Below, piece by piece: positions 17,685 to 27,251 of a DNA stretch of 64,000 nucleotides. Within the stretch, counting starts at the first letter, position 1, and every line of letters begins with the position of its first letter. The translations under genes and the position numbers were made by a program. The notes beneath the pieces are model-generated. The model searched no databases. It saw nothing but the letters and a program-made list of their open reading frames with translations, and was not told the DNA's origin. The DNA is from Nanobdellota archaeon (GTDB lineage: Archaea; Aenigmatarchaeota; Aenigmatarchaeia; Aenigmatarchaeales; Aenigmatarchaeaceae): assembly GCA_018901755.1 (NCBI GenBank), contig JAHIDZ010000015.1, positions 65,079 through 129,078 of the forward strand, written 5' to 3'.

Positions 17685-18509
17685 ATGACAAAGGAAGAAC
17701 ATGAAAAATACCCACTGCCGTATTATGGTCGGATAAATATAGTAAATAGCATAATAGGAGAACTAAAAGGAGCTACAGAAAGGAAAGAAAAAATCATAAT
17801 TAAAAGAAATATAAGACAGAGCACTGTTGGTATAACATTTAGTTTATCATTGGGGAAGTTCTTGCATCTTCTTGATTCTGATAGTAAACGTATCTGGCTA
17901 ACCGATTTTGGATACAGATATTCAATGCTTTCACAACAGCAACAGAAAGAACTGGTAGCAAAAAATCTTCCAGATGCTTATGTAACACTTCTAAAATGGA
18001 TAAAAAATAGCGAACAAAGAATGATGACGATTGATACTTTAAAGGATGAAATACTTAAAAACTTTATAGAATGGAAACCAACGGAAAGAGTTTTTTATGA
18101 ATCATTATTGACGTTTGCTGATGTTGTAAAATACTGTCACCTTGCAGATTTTGTAAAGGGTAGCAGAGGATCAAGTTCAAGGTTTAAAATCACAGAAGAA
18201 GGAATTAACTTTTTTGATAGTGGCAATTTTGCTACGTCATCAGAAAATACCGATAAATCTGAAACTAAAGGAGATAGAGATCAAAGAAACAGGGAATGGT
18301 ATAATCAGAATCCATTTAACTTAAATATGACAGAAGGAACCACTGTCAGATTAATATCTAATCTTGGTGCGATTGAAAAAAAGATAGAAACTGATGGAGA
18401 CTGGGATAAACTTAAAATTATTATTGATCATTGGAAAGAGATATGGAAAGTTTTAGACAAAGAAAGAAAGAATAAGCCTGCGGAAGACGGGAAATCGCAA
18501 AAGGCATAG
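17685..18509 (+). CDS. hypothetical protein
   Basis: ORF-track protein. No recognised motifs. Confidence 0.45.
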   Translation: MTKEEHEKYPLPYYGRINIVNSIIGELKGATERKEKIIIKRNIRQSTVGITFSLSLGKFLHLLDSDSKRIWLTDFGYRYSMLSQQQQKELVAKNLPDAYVTLLKWIKNSEQRMMTIDTLKDEILKNFIEWKPTERVFYESLLTFADVVKYCHLADFVKGSRGSSSRFKITEEGINFFDSGNFATSSENTDKSETKGDRDQRNREWYNQNPFNLNMTEGTTVRLISNLGAIEKKIETDGDWDKLKIIIDHWKEIWKVLDKERKNKPAEDGKSQKA

Positions 18510-18599
18510 GATTCAGAAGAGAGAGCGACGGAACCTTCATAATAATGAAGAAAAACTATGGACTCTCCGCCCATAGAACAGATCATGAGCTGTGAGGGT

Positions 18600-19790
18600 C
18601 CAAGCCCTTTTCGGTCCGGTAATTTCAGCAGGCTTAGAATGATAATAATTAACCGTTATGGTTTTTATATCTATCTTGCTATATAGTTTGCTATATAGTG
18701 TATTTAAATCCTTTTGGGTGCAATTATACAATATGAAAATGGTGAAACAATCATATGCACAAAACTGGTCAGCATACAACAAAGCTCAGATGAATGAGAA
18801 ACAGCTATTCATGGAACTATTATGCGATTTGTGCAACGATGCTGAAGAACCGGAGTATGTATTCGGAAGACTTAAGATACCAGTTGCTGATATTTTATTC
18901 TGCAGTGCTTTTAAGATATATTCCGGCTATTCTGGTAGAAGATTTACAACAGATATGAGAACTGCAAAGGAAGACAACTACATCAGTAAAGTTCCGCATT
19001 ATAATTCGTTGTTTAATTTTTTGAAGAATCTTAATACATCAGCTATTCTTATGAAAATGATACAGAAATCAGGGCTTTCGTTAAAAGACGTTGAAACAAA
19101 ATTTGCTATTGATGCATCTGGATTTTCAACAACGAGATACAGAAGATGGTTTGATTTCAAATACGGTCATGAAAGGGACTTCAGAATATGGGTGAAAGCA
19201 CATGTAGTTTGCGGAGTAGGAACGAACATAGTTACAGCTGTTAGGCTGTCTGAAGCGAGGGCACACGATAATAAATTTTTCAAGGAGCTTATTAATGATA
19301 CTTCATCAAATTTCAATGTCTGCGAGATGTCAGCTGACAAAGCGTATATGTCAAGAAATAATCTTGAATTGGTTGATAGCCTTGGCGGAAAAGCATACAT
19401 ACCATTCAGATCTAATGTAACAGGAAAACAAAGAGGTTCTAAGCTGTGGGGTAAAATGTATCATTATTTCAAATATAACAATGAGGATTTTATGAAACAC
19501 TACCACCTTAGATCAAACGTCGAATCAACCTTTTCAATGATTAAACGAAAATTTGGTGATACTGTTAGAAGCAAAGATAAAACAGCACAATTTAATGAGA
19601 TTCTATGCAAGATTTTATGTCATAATATTTGTGTTGTTATACATGAAATGCACGAAATGGGTTTCTATAAGAAGACGGAATGGGCAAGTTAGTATTATCA
19701 GGTAAAAATTTATTCAAAAAGAAAAAGAGTTTAAGGACGAAATCCGATTTCTCGTTAAGGACAATTGTCCGATTTCGCCCTATCTATTAT
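18600..19790 (+). mobile_element. IS4/IS5-superfamily insertion sequence (boundaries approximate)
   Basis: Single DDE transposase ORF flanked by GC-rich segments carrying GGTCC/GGAC-GAAA motifs in inverted orientation (near 18603-18626 and 19737-19780). The terminal inverted repeats are imperfect and not firmly delimited. Confidence 0.45.
18733..19692 (+). CDS. DDE transposase, IS4/IS5 family
   Basis: NWSAYNKAQ N-terminal motif, DDE residues in DASGF, SADKAY and ESTFSMIKRKFG (E-x6-K/R). The start is taken at MKMVKQ (18733) rather than at the track's 18658. Confidence 0.8.
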   Translation: MKMVKQSYAQNWSAYNKAQMNEKQLFMELLCDLCNDAEEPEYVFGRLKIPVADILFCSAFKIYSGYSGRRFTTDMRTAKEDNYISKVPHYNSLFNFLKNLNTSAILMKMIQKSGLSLKDVETKFAIDASGFSTTRYRRWFDFKYGHERDFRIWVKAHVVCGVGTNIVTAVRLSEARAHDNKFFKELINDTSSNFNVCEMSADKAYMSRNNLELVDSLGGKAYIPFRSNVTGKQRGSKLWGKMYHYFKYNNEDFMKHYHLRSNVESTFSMIKRKFGDTVRSKDKTAQFNEILCKILCHNICVVIHEMHEMGFYKKTEWAS

Positions 19791-19831
19791 TATAAATTTA
19801 ATTAGTGATTGGGTTATTTAAGCTTTACGTT

Positions 19832-20527
19832 TTATTGTCGAATGGAAGTTATATAATCATCTAAAAATATTAATTTATCAGCGACTTCTTTCAAATCGTC
19901 TCCAAGTGCACTTCTGAAAGAAGCAACTTCAACTCTTTTCCCCATAGATTTGACACACTCAATTGCATTCTTATAATCATTATCTCCACTGACAACAAGA
20001 GCAGTATCATAAACATCCTCTCTTGCCATTCTTAAAAGTTCAGTTACTAATGCAACATCTATACCTTTCTGAAATTCTTGATTGAATTTAGTTGGATATC
20101 CGATTGGTTCGCCATTTTCAATATTAAATGGTTTGATACCAGCATTTCCTTTTTTAACGGCTTCTTCGTGTATATTTTTCCAAAGTTTACATCTTTCGCA
20201 ATCTAAAGTTTTATATCTAACTGGTCTCGTTATAACTGTTATACCTTGTTTTCTTAATGCATTGAAAAAATATTCTTTATTATTTGGAGACCTTTCAGGT
20301 TTTCCATCAAAAAAGTATGTTCTTCTTTTATCTCTTGAATCTGATAATAATTCCACAAGTTTAACATAATCAATTTTAATTTTATTTATTTTTTGTTCTG
20401 GTGGTAAATCTACATTTTTTCTTTCTATTTCTTCATTGATAGTTTTTATAGCACCAAAGACATTGGCACCATCAATAAATATCATTATTTTCTCGCTCAT
20501 ATTATAATAATAGTAATTCTTATACAT
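19832..20527 (-). CDS. NYN/LabA-like (PIN-fold) domain protein with an inserted zinc ribbon
   Basis: IFIDGANV...KGIDVALVTELL...DTALVVSGDNDY match COG1432. CERCKLW is the zinc-ribbon insertion. Confidence 0.7.
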   Translation of the reverse strand: MYKNYYYYNMSEKIMIFIDGANVFGAIKTINEEIERKNVDLPPEQKINKIKIDYVKLVELLSDSRDKRRTYFFDGKPERSPNNKEYFFNALRKQGITVITRPVRYKTLDCERCKLWKNIHEEAVKKGNAGIKPFNIENGEPIGYPTKFNQEFQKGIDVALVTELLRMAREDVYDTALVVSGDNDYKNAIECVKSMGKRVEVASFRSALGDDLKEVADKLIFLDDYITSIRQ

Positions 20528-20639
20528 TTATACCTTTACTTTCTGTGCAGGACCCATTCACACAAAAAGCCGTGTTTTACTACGACATTTTAGGCAAAGC
20601 AGGTAGGTATTTATATGGTTTTCATTTATAATAAGAAAT

Positions 20640-20837
20640 ATGATACCAAAGGCAGCGATTGAAAGAATTATTAGAAAGGCTGGGGTTGATAGAATATCTG
20701 CTGAAGCAATTGAAGAACTTCAAAAGACTACGGAAGAATTAGCTCTTGAATTAGCTAGAGATGCGGCCGAAGTAGCTAAACACGCTAAGAGAAAAACAAT
20801 AACAGAAGAAGATATTAAACTTATATCAGGGAAATAA
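20640..20837 (+). CDS. archaeal histone (HMf-like histone fold)
   Basis: IPKAAIERIIRKAGVDRISAEAIEEL...AKHAKRKTITEEDIKL matches archaeal histones. A TATA-like TTTATAT lies about 30 nt upstream. Confidence 0.85.
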   Translation: MIPKAAIERIIRKAGVDRISAEAIEELQKTTEELALELARDAAEVAKHAKRKTITEEDIKLISGK

Positions 20838-21158
20838 CTAACTCCAAATTCGACGATGTTCATTTACATTTACATCTTCAGTTAATACACTACATTCTTT
20901 AGGTTTGTGTATTTCGCCTGCTAATCTTTTTAGATAATTTATCTCTTTTACATCTTCGATTGGTTGGCCATCTAATCTTCTATAAGTTACAGTATCATCT
21001 CCTACAATAACTTCATATTTTTTTGTCCGACCTATCACTGGTCCATTCCCTATTTGTGCAATATTATAATTAAATTTTTGAAGTATCCATTTTGCGCCAT
21101 CTATTGTACCACTATATTTTAATATGATTTCTTTTAGTTCGGTTGTATGTTTTTCCAT
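20838..21158 (-). CDS. hypothetical protein
   Basis: ORF only. Confidence 0.4.
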   Translation of the reverse strand: MEKHTTELKEIILKYSGTIDGAKWILQKFNYNIAQIGNGPVIGRTKKYEVIVGDDTVTYRRLDGQPIEDVKEINYLKRLAGEIHKPKECSVLTEDVNVNEHRRIWS

Positions 21159-21210
21159 TTCATAATTACATATAGAAAACTATTTATATGAATTTAACCG
21201 GTATAATACC

Positions 21211-21600
21211 ATGACTGAAACAAAAACAGCAATTAAAAGTTTGAAACCAGGAAGATATTGTTTAATAGACGGTGAACCTTGTAAGGTTATTTCTGTTAGC
21301 ATTTCCGCGTCAGGTAAACATGGTGCAGCTAAAGCACGATTGGAAGCAGTCGGAGTTTTTGATAATAATAAAAGAAGTATTGTAAAACCAGCAAATTCTG
21401 AATTTGATGTTCCTGTTGTAGAGAAAAAAAATGGACAGGTTGTTGCTATACTTGAAAACACAGCTCAGGTTATGGATCTTGAAAACTATGAAACATTTGA
21501 TGCAATTGTCCCAGAAGAATTAAAAGATAAAGTAACACAGGGTTGTGAAGTTCAATATTGGATTTTATGCGGTAGAAAAATGCTTGTTGGAGTAAAGTAA
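21211..21600 (+). CDS. eif5a: translation initiation factor 5A (aIF-5A)
   Basis: Hypusination loop SASGKHGAAKARLE (canonical GKHGHAK) and a C-terminal OB domain. Confidence 0.9.
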   Translation: MTETKTAIKSLKPGRYCLIDGEPCKVISVSISASGKHGAAKARLEAVGVFDNNKRSIVKPANSEFDVPVVEKKNGQVVAILENTAQVMDLENYETFDAIVPEELKDKVTQGCEVQYWILCGRKMLVGVK

Positions 21601-22035
21601 TTATCCGCCTATTTTTCTAACTTCCGGTGAAACTAGTAGTTCAGCAAGTTTTTCAATCATTTTTTGTTCATATGCAACTAAATCACTTGCAGTCACTATA
21701 CCTACAATTTTACCCACTTCATCTATAACTGGAAGTTTTTTAATTTTATTTTCAGTCATTTCTTTAGCAGTTTCTTCTAATGTATTTTCTGGTGAAATTG
21801 TTATGATATTAGTTGTCATAATTTCTTCAACTTTAGTGTTAGTGCAATCCCCACCAAGTGCAACAACATCAGAAAGAATATCTCTTTCAGTTATGATGCC
21901 TTTAACTTGCCCTTCTGTAGAAATAACTACTAAAGAACCGATATGATTTTTTGTCATTTTTTCAGCAGCATTTTTTACAGAATCAGTTGGTTTAATTGTT
22001 TTAACATTAATGTTCATTACGTCTTTAATTAGCAT
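21601..22035 (-). CDS. CBS-pair domain protein
   Basis: Two CBS repeats (VKDVM..V..I.PTDSV.....M.....G.L.V; VTASDL). Confidence 0.8.
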   Translation of the reverse strand: MLIKDVMNINVKTIKPTDSVKNAAEKMTKNHIGSLVVISTEGQVKGIITERDILSDVVALGGDCTNTKVEEIMTTNIITISPENTLEETAKEMTENKIKKLPVIDEVGKIVGIVTASDLVAYEQKMIEKLAELLVSPEVRKIGG

Positions 22036-22083
22036 ACTAAATAGTAGGAGTTTTAAATATATAAAAATAAAAAAAGAAAGGGT

Positions 22084-22713
22084 TTATCGTCTTCGCTTTG
22101 CTTTGCCTACATAGTCTTTAGCAACAGAGGCTACTACATCTTTCATTCCTAGACCAATTGCAATCGCCATACCAACTCCGACAGATCCTATTATTATCAA
22201 TAGAATCCAGTTGATTAGCATTGTGTCAATTCCTATGAATGGTAGTGCTAATGCAATTGAGACATAAACTAATAGGAAGAAGATTAATTTTCCTACGATT
22301 GCTCCGTAGAATGTCTTCTTTGATACTAGTTTGTCTTTAATATATTCTGCTAGTAGTGAACCCACTATTACTATTACAGCTGCTTCTATTAGTCCAGGTA
22401 GGAATCCGATTATACTGTTCACAAAGTTTGAAATTGCGACTATGCCTAGGAATACAGTTGCTTGCTGTATGAACACTAAGTATATCCACCATCTAGCTAT
22501 TAACGATGATACCATCGAAAATTTGAATAGATGTTTTTCATCTTCTAGAACGTATTCATCAATTTTTAGTCGTGTGAATAATTCTTTTACTACTTTTCCA
22601 ACGACCTTACCTACAACTAGACCTATTATCAATGTTATAAGTGCTGCAATAAGTCCTGGTAAGCTGGCAATGAAGTTTATCCATATTGTCATTAAGACTG
22701 TTTCTAGTGCCAT
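22084..22713 (-). CDS. integral membrane protein with conserved TM-helix repeats (MscS-associated type)
   Basis: Repeated LPGLI(A/E)A..I..IG hydrophobic segments. Confidence 0.55.
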   Translation of the reverse strand: MALETVLMTIWINFIASLPGLIAALITLIIGLVVGKVVGKVVKELFTRLKIDEYVLEDEKHLFKFSMVSSLIARWWIYLVFIQQATVFLGIVAISNFVNSIIGFLPGLIEAAVIVIVGSLLAEYIKDKLVSKKTFYGAIVGKLIFFLLVYVSIALALPFIGIDTMLINWILLIIIGSVGVGMAIAIGLGMKDVVASVAKDYVGKAKRRR

Positions 22714-22766
22714 ATTTTTACCTTAACCTTTATTTAGTTAGCCACCTTATAAATTAATAGGTTGAT

Positions 22767-24161
22767 ATGGGTAAAAACGATGTATTGCGAAGTGTTTTAT
22801 CTAGCATAAGACCAAGTAAGATTGAGAGAGACCACGCTGAAATGTTTGCATTAAAACTTATAATGGTATCTAAACAGATATCAAAAAGTTATTCTATTGA
22901 ACCTATGTTCGTTGGTTCTTATGAAAAAAATACATGGTTAGCTGGAAATGATGAATTAGATTTATTTTTATTGTTTAGTCCTTCAACGCATAGAAAAAAA
23001 TTAGAAGAACAAGGATTGGAAATTGCTAAAAAGATAATAAATCAAATGGGCGGAACATATCAGAAAAAATATTCTGAACATCCTTATCTTTGCGCTACTG
23101 TAAAATTTGAAGGAATTGAATTTGATGTGGATATTGTTCCTTGCTATGACATTAAAGAGCTTAAAAAAATTAAATCTGCTGTTGATCGGACACCACATCA
23201 TGTTAGATTTGTAAAGAAAAATTTATTATTACCAGATGAAGTACGACTTTTGAAACAATTTTGTAAAGCTGCAGGAATTTATGGAGCCGATGTTAAAACA
23301 AATGGATTTTCTGGTTATCTTTGCGAGCTTATGATAATTAATTATGGTAAATTTGAAAACTGCATTAAAGATGCTATAAAATGGCGAGCACCAACTGTAA
23401 TGACTATAACTGAAATGGATAAGAAAAAATTAATTGATGTGTATAAAGGGCCGTTTATTGTAATAGATCCTGTTGATTTGAATAGAAATGTAGCTGCAGC
23501 TGTTTCAATTGAAAACTTTTATAAATTTATTGAAGCTGCTAGAAAATATATGAACAAGCCTTCTGAAAAATTATTCTTCCCAGATAAAGTTAAATCATAT
23601 TCTGTTAATGAGATAGGTAAAGAAATTGCTAATCGTGGAACAAGATGGTATGCAATTAAATTTGATAAACCAGATGTAACAGATGATATTCTTTATCCTC
23701 AGATGAGAAGGTGTGAAAACATTATAGAGAAGATAATGAATGAAGATGGTTTTGAAGTTATGAGAAAAGACTTTTATGTTGGTGAATTGTGTGTTATGCT
23801 TTTTGAAATGGAAAATTGGGAAGTACCGAGAGTATTCAAAAATATCGGTCCGAATATTTATACTAAACATGCTGAAGAATTTTTAAAACACTATAAAGAC
23901 CGTAAGATATTCTTAGAAGGAGAATACTGGGCAGTTGAGCTAGAACGAAAATACACAACGGCATTACACTTGTTGAAAGATCTTGTTTCAAACACTGATG
24001 CTAAATTAAAGGAAAAAGGAATTCCTAGCAAGATCGTATCTAATTTCAAGAATGCGTCTGTTGTATCTGGTTCTGATATGATTAAATTAATTGAAAAATT
24101 ACCTGAAGATTTTAGAGTCTTTATGAGAAACTGGTTTGAAAAGGATATTGATATTGTTTAA
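22767..24161 (+). CDS. cca: CCA-adding enzyme (archaeal class I tRNA nucleotidyltransferase)
   Basis: N-terminal Pol-beta NTase core (FVGSYEKNTWLAGNDELDLFLLF) followed by the archaeal CCA body and tail. Length of 464 aa fits. Confidence 0.85.
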   Translation: MGKNDVLRSVLSSIRPSKIERDHAEMFALKLIMVSKQISKSYSIEPMFVGSYEKNTWLAGNDELDLFLLFSPSTHRKKLEEQGLEIAKKIINQMGGTYQKKYSEHPYLCATVKFEGIEFDVDIVPCYDIKELKKIKSAVDRTPHHVRFVKKNLLLPDEVRLLKQFCKAAGIYGADVKTNGFSGYLCELMIINYGKFENCIKDAIKWRAPTVMTITEMDKKKLIDVYKGPFIVIDPVDLNRNVAAAVSIENFYKFIEAARKYMNKPSEKLFFPDKVKSYSVNEIGKEIANRGTRWYAIKFDKPDVTDDILYPQMRRCENIIEKIMNEDGFEVMRKDFYVGELCVMLFEMENWEVPRVFKNIGPNIYTKHAEEFLKHYKDRKIFLEGEYWAVELERKYTTALHLLKDLVSNTDAKLKEKGIPSKIVSNFKNASVVSGSDMIKLIEKLPEDFRVFMRNWFEKDIDIV

Positions 24162-24283
24162 TGAGTTTAAGGTATATCTACACGGTTTTGAATATATACT
24201 GTTCCCCATGTTTCATCTGATAAATCAGCATCTATTTTTGTTGGTGGATAATATATATCTAAATCATCTGGCATCATAATCAC

Positions 24284-24514
24284 CTAATAAATATATTGTC
24301 CGGTTTTTTCAAATTCTCCAAGTGCCTTTTTACCATCTTCTGTTATAGAGTAAGAATCGCCTTCATTTTTTACAAATTTGTGTTCGTATAGTCTTGATAC
24401 TGTAGTTAGAGGATGTCCTTTACTACCAGATAATTTATGTAGTATTAGTAAATCTGTATTTCCAATTGATAGTGTTTGTAACACCTTAACTTCAGTCGAT
24501 TTCATTTCAACCAT
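24284..24514 (-). CDS. small winged-helix-like protein
   Basis: ORF only. Helix-turn-helix-like pattern. Confidence 0.35.
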   Translation of the reverse strand: MVEMKSTEVKVLQTLSIGNTDLLILHKLSGSKGHPLTTVSRLYEHKFVKNEGDSYSITEDGKKALGEFEKTGQYIY

Positions 24515-24590
24515 AATATATATTACTCTAAAGTAGTATATAAATCTATCGGTTAGACGAAATTATTAATAAAGAGCGCCTATAACCTTT

Positions 24591-25478
24591 ATGCCAGAAC
24601 CAATAGAAATAACATTTCTAGGAACAGGAGCAGCCGTTCCAACAATACGAAGAAATCATTCAGCAATAGTATTACATTATACCGGAGAGTATATTTTATT
24701 TGACTGCGGAGAAGGGACACAATTACAGCTACAGAAAGCTAAGATATCACCATTAAAGATATCAAAAATATTCATAACACATTGGCATGCTGACCATTTC
24801 GCTGGACTATTGCCACTAATAGAAACATTACATCTTGAAAAACGGACGGAACCGCTGGAAATATATGGTCCTGAAGCATCACGGTTTGTAGACGCTATAA
24901 TTGAATTAAGTTATTGGGGAACAGGATTTGACATAATAGCTAAAGATGTAGAATCTAATCAGAAAATATTTGAAAATGATTTATTTGAAATTTCAACAAT
25001 TAAGACAAGGCATTCTGTTCCATCAGTTGGATATTGTTTCAAAGAAAAGGATCATGTTCATATTGATATCGGTAAAGCAAATAAATTTGGATTAAGAGGA
25101 ATAGATATTAGAAAAATCAAGGAAGATGGAAAAATAAAGATAGGAGATAAAATCATTAAATTGGAAGATGTTTCTAAAATTACACCTGGTAGAAAAATAA
25201 TTTACACCGGAGATACAAGAATATGTCCTGAAATTTTTAAGGCAGCTAAAAATATTGATTTGCTTATACATGAAGGCACGTTTATTGAAAGATTTGAGGA
25301 AAGAGAACATTCTTCTGCTAAAGAAGTTGCGAGACTTGCAAAAAAGAATAATGTAAAAAAGTTAATTTTAACACATTTCAGTAAAAGATATAAAACTTCT
25401 AAGGAGATAGAGAAAGTCGTTAAACTGATTTTTAGTAAAGCCATTGTTGCACAAGATTTGATGAAGGTAAAAATATGA
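24591..25478 (+). CDS. rnz: ribonuclease Z (tRNA 3' endonuclease)
   Basis: ITFLGTGAAVPT, metallo-beta-lactamase HxHxDH (THWHADHFAGL). Confidence 0.9.
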   Translation: MPEPIEITFLGTGAAVPTIRRNHSAIVLHYTGEYILFDCGEGTQLQLQKAKISPLKISKIFITHWHADHFAGLLPLIETLHLEKRTEPLEIYGPEASRFVDAIIELSYWGTGFDIIAKDVESNQKIFENDLFEISTIKTRHSVPSVGYCFKEKDHVHIDIGKANKFGLRGIDIRKIKEDGKIKIGDKIIKLEDVSKITPGRKIIYTGDTRICPEIFKAAKNIDLLIHEGTFIERFEEREHSSAKEVARLAKKNNVKKLILTHFSKRYKTSKEIEKVVKLIFSKAIVAQDLMKVKI

Positions 25479-26275
25479 TTAGATTAGGAACAGCAGGAAT
25501 ACCAATTTCTTTTGATGGAAGTTCTATTGAAGCTATTCCGTTTATAAAAAAATTAGGTCTTCAGGCACTTGAAGTTGAATTTGTTCGTGGAGTTCATATG
25601 AGCATACCTATAGCAAAGGAACTTGGTAAAATTGCAAAAGAAAATGATATTGCGCTTTCTATCCATGCACCATACTATATTAATTTAGCAAGTCATGAAA
25701 AAGTTAAAATAATTGATTCTAAAAAAAGAATACTTGATTCATTGGAGCGCGGAGATGCGATGGGAGCAAGAATTGTTGTCATGCATCCTGGTTACTATGG
25801 CAAACATTCCAAAGAAGAATGTTATAAAATAATTAAAGAACAGTGCCAGGAAATAATAGATAAATTTAATGGAAAATGTTTATTGGGTTTAGAGACAACT
25901 GCAAAACAAGCTGCTTTCGGAACAGTTGAAGAAATTCTACAAATTTGTAAAGATGTTAAAGGATGTGTACCAGTTATAGATTTTGCACACTTGTTTGCAA
26001 GAGATTCAAAGATTGATTATTCAGAGGTTTTGGATAAATTCAAAGGTTACAAACATTTACATTGTCATTTTTCAAATATGAAAAAAAACAAGGATGGTAG
26101 TTATACTGATAATCATGTTCCAATCGATAACGCGCCAGCATTTGAACCATTAGCAAAAGAAATCTTAAAAAGAAAATTAGATATAACAATTATTTCAGAA
26201 AGTCCATTAATAGAGAAAGACGCATTGAAGATGAAGAAAATCTTTGAGAAATTGGGTTATAAATTTATTTTTTAA
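25475..26275 (+). CDS. nfo: AP endonuclease family 2 / endonuclease IV-like TIM-barrel protein
   Basis: SIHAPYYINLAS matches the Nfo H-A-x-Y-L-I-N-L-A signature. 4-nt overlap with rnz. Confidence 0.65.
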   Translation: MIRLGTAGIPISFDGSSIEAIPFIKKLGLQALEVEFVRGVHMSIPIAKELGKIAKENDIALSIHAPYYINLASHEKVKIIDSKKRILDSLERGDAMGARIVVMHPGYYGKHSKEECYKIIKEQCQEIIDKFNGKCLLGLETTAKQAAFGTVEEILQICKDVKGCVPVIDFAHLFARDSKIDYSEVLDKFKGYKHLHCHFSNMKKNKDGSYTDNHVPIDNAPAFEPLAKEILKRKLDITIISESPLIEKDALKMKKIFEKLGYKFIF

Positions 26276-26648
26276 TTAAAATACCGTTTAACATTCCATG
26301 CTGTCCTGGTTTAGAAGTTATTTTAACAAGTCCAAGTTCAGTATCAACCACAGTTCCTTTTGTCATAATATTCATTCGTACATAGTTAGGATTTGCTGGG
26401 TTTTCTTTAACAGTGATTGCTTTGACTATTTTTGTTTTTCCCGTGTTTGTGTCGGTAACATTTATTTGATCAGAATCCATTAATCTCATTTTCTTACTCC
26501 CACCCATTGTTCTGATGGCTTTCTTTCTAACTTTAGCAATTTTAACAGGGATAAAATCATTACCAAAATCTCTTTTTTTCTTCTTTCTATAATTATTTAA
26601 AACTGCACTTGTTGGTCTCCTTGCGCTTCTTCTCTGTGCTATAGCCAT
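26265..26648 (-). CDS. rps8e: 30S ribosomal protein S8e
   Basis: Basic N-terminus (QRRSARRPTS) and overall eS8 pattern (...GGSKK.RL...D..NV.....GKTK...I). Confidence 0.85.
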   Translation of the reverse strand: MAIAQRRSARRPTSAVLNNYRKKKKRDFGNDFIPVKIAKVRKKAIRTMGGSKKMRLMDSDQINVTDTNTGKTKIVKAITVKENPANPNYVRMNIMTKGTVVDTELGLVKITSKPGQHGMLNGILIKK

Positions 26649-26742
26649 ACCCTATATACATAATAGCAATATTTATAAAGTTTATTAATTACCAAAGCAC
26701 GAGTAAAAACAAAGATTTAAATAGGTTATAGCTATAACTAAA

Positions 26743-26973
26743 TTGATGAATATGAGTTCAAGACCGTTAGATGTATTGGATAAAGCGAAAGGAAAAAGAG
26801 TAATAGTCAAACTGAAAAATGGAGTAGAAGTTACTGGTGTTTTACAAGCATTTGATTTACACTTAAATATCTGGCTTGAAGAATCAGTAGAAAGAAAAGA
26901 TAATTCAGAAATAAAGCTTGGTTCGTCTTTAGTAAGAGGCGACACAATAATCTTAATTTCTCCAGCAGAGTGA
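26743..26973 (+). CDS. Sm-like archaeal protein (SmAP/LSm)
   Basis: Sm1/Sm2 motifs (RPLDVLDKAKGKRVIVKLKNGVEVTGVLQAFDLHLNIWLEE...RGDTIILI). It is adjacent to L37e, as in the conserved archaeal pair. Confidence 0.85.
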   Translation: MMNMSSRPLDVLDKAKGKRVIVKLKNGVEVTGVLQAFDLHLNIWLEESVERKDNSEIKLGSSLVRGDTIILISPAE

Positions 26974-26977
26974 TTTT

Positions 26978-27163
26978 ATGAGTAAAGGAACACCGTCCTT
27001 TGGTAAGCATAATAAGACTAGTCACATTCCTTGTAGAAGATGCGGAATACACGCATACCACGTTAAACATAAGAGATGTGCACACTGTGGGTACCCTGAT
27101 TCTAAAATATATAAATTTAGATGGAATTGGAAAAATATTCTAACCAGAAACAGAAAGAAGTAA
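26978..27163 (+). CDS. rpl37e: 50S ribosomal protein L37e
   Basis: GTPSFGKHNKTSHIPCRRCG...CAHCGYP zinc ribbon typical of L37e. Confidence 0.9.
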   Translation: MSKGTPSFGKHNKTSHIPCRRCGIHAYHVKHKRCAHCGYPDSKIYKFRWNWKNILTRNRKK

Positions 27164-27251
27164 GTTATATAAATATTGTAATAACACTAACTTATTTGCG
27201 AGTAAACTCTACAAATCGAGTCATAATATAATATATGTATTTGAGACATAT

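Noticed and set aside
18658-18732. The track's extended N-terminus of the transposase (MVFISILLYSLL...)
   Set aside because: It is a hydrophobic low-complexity read-through of the upstream AT-rich spacer. The family-typical N-terminus begins at MKMVKQSYAQNWSAYNKAQ (18733).
18600-19790. Clean terminal inverted repeats and target-site duplication for the IS element
   Set aside because: Only loose GGTCC/GGAC-GAAA similarity in inverted orientation was found. I could not align convincing IRs of 15 bp or more by eye, so the boundaries are given as approximate.
20530-20600. Possible ncRNA in the GC-richer spacer upstream of the histone gene
   Set aside because: No tRNA-like, C/D-box or H/ACA-like fold could be made by eye. 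A TATA-like element about 30 nt upstream of the histone ATG suggests it is simply the promoter region.
24161-24286. In-frame TAG between the 76-aa wH-like ORF (24284..24514, minus strand) and a 36-codon downstream ORF (VIMMPDDLDIYYPP...), possibly stop-codon read-through or recoding
   Set aside because: TAG is used as an ordinary stop elsewhere in the window (e.g. L24e, uppS fragment) and no recoding signal is visible. It is most likely a separate small ORF or non-coding.
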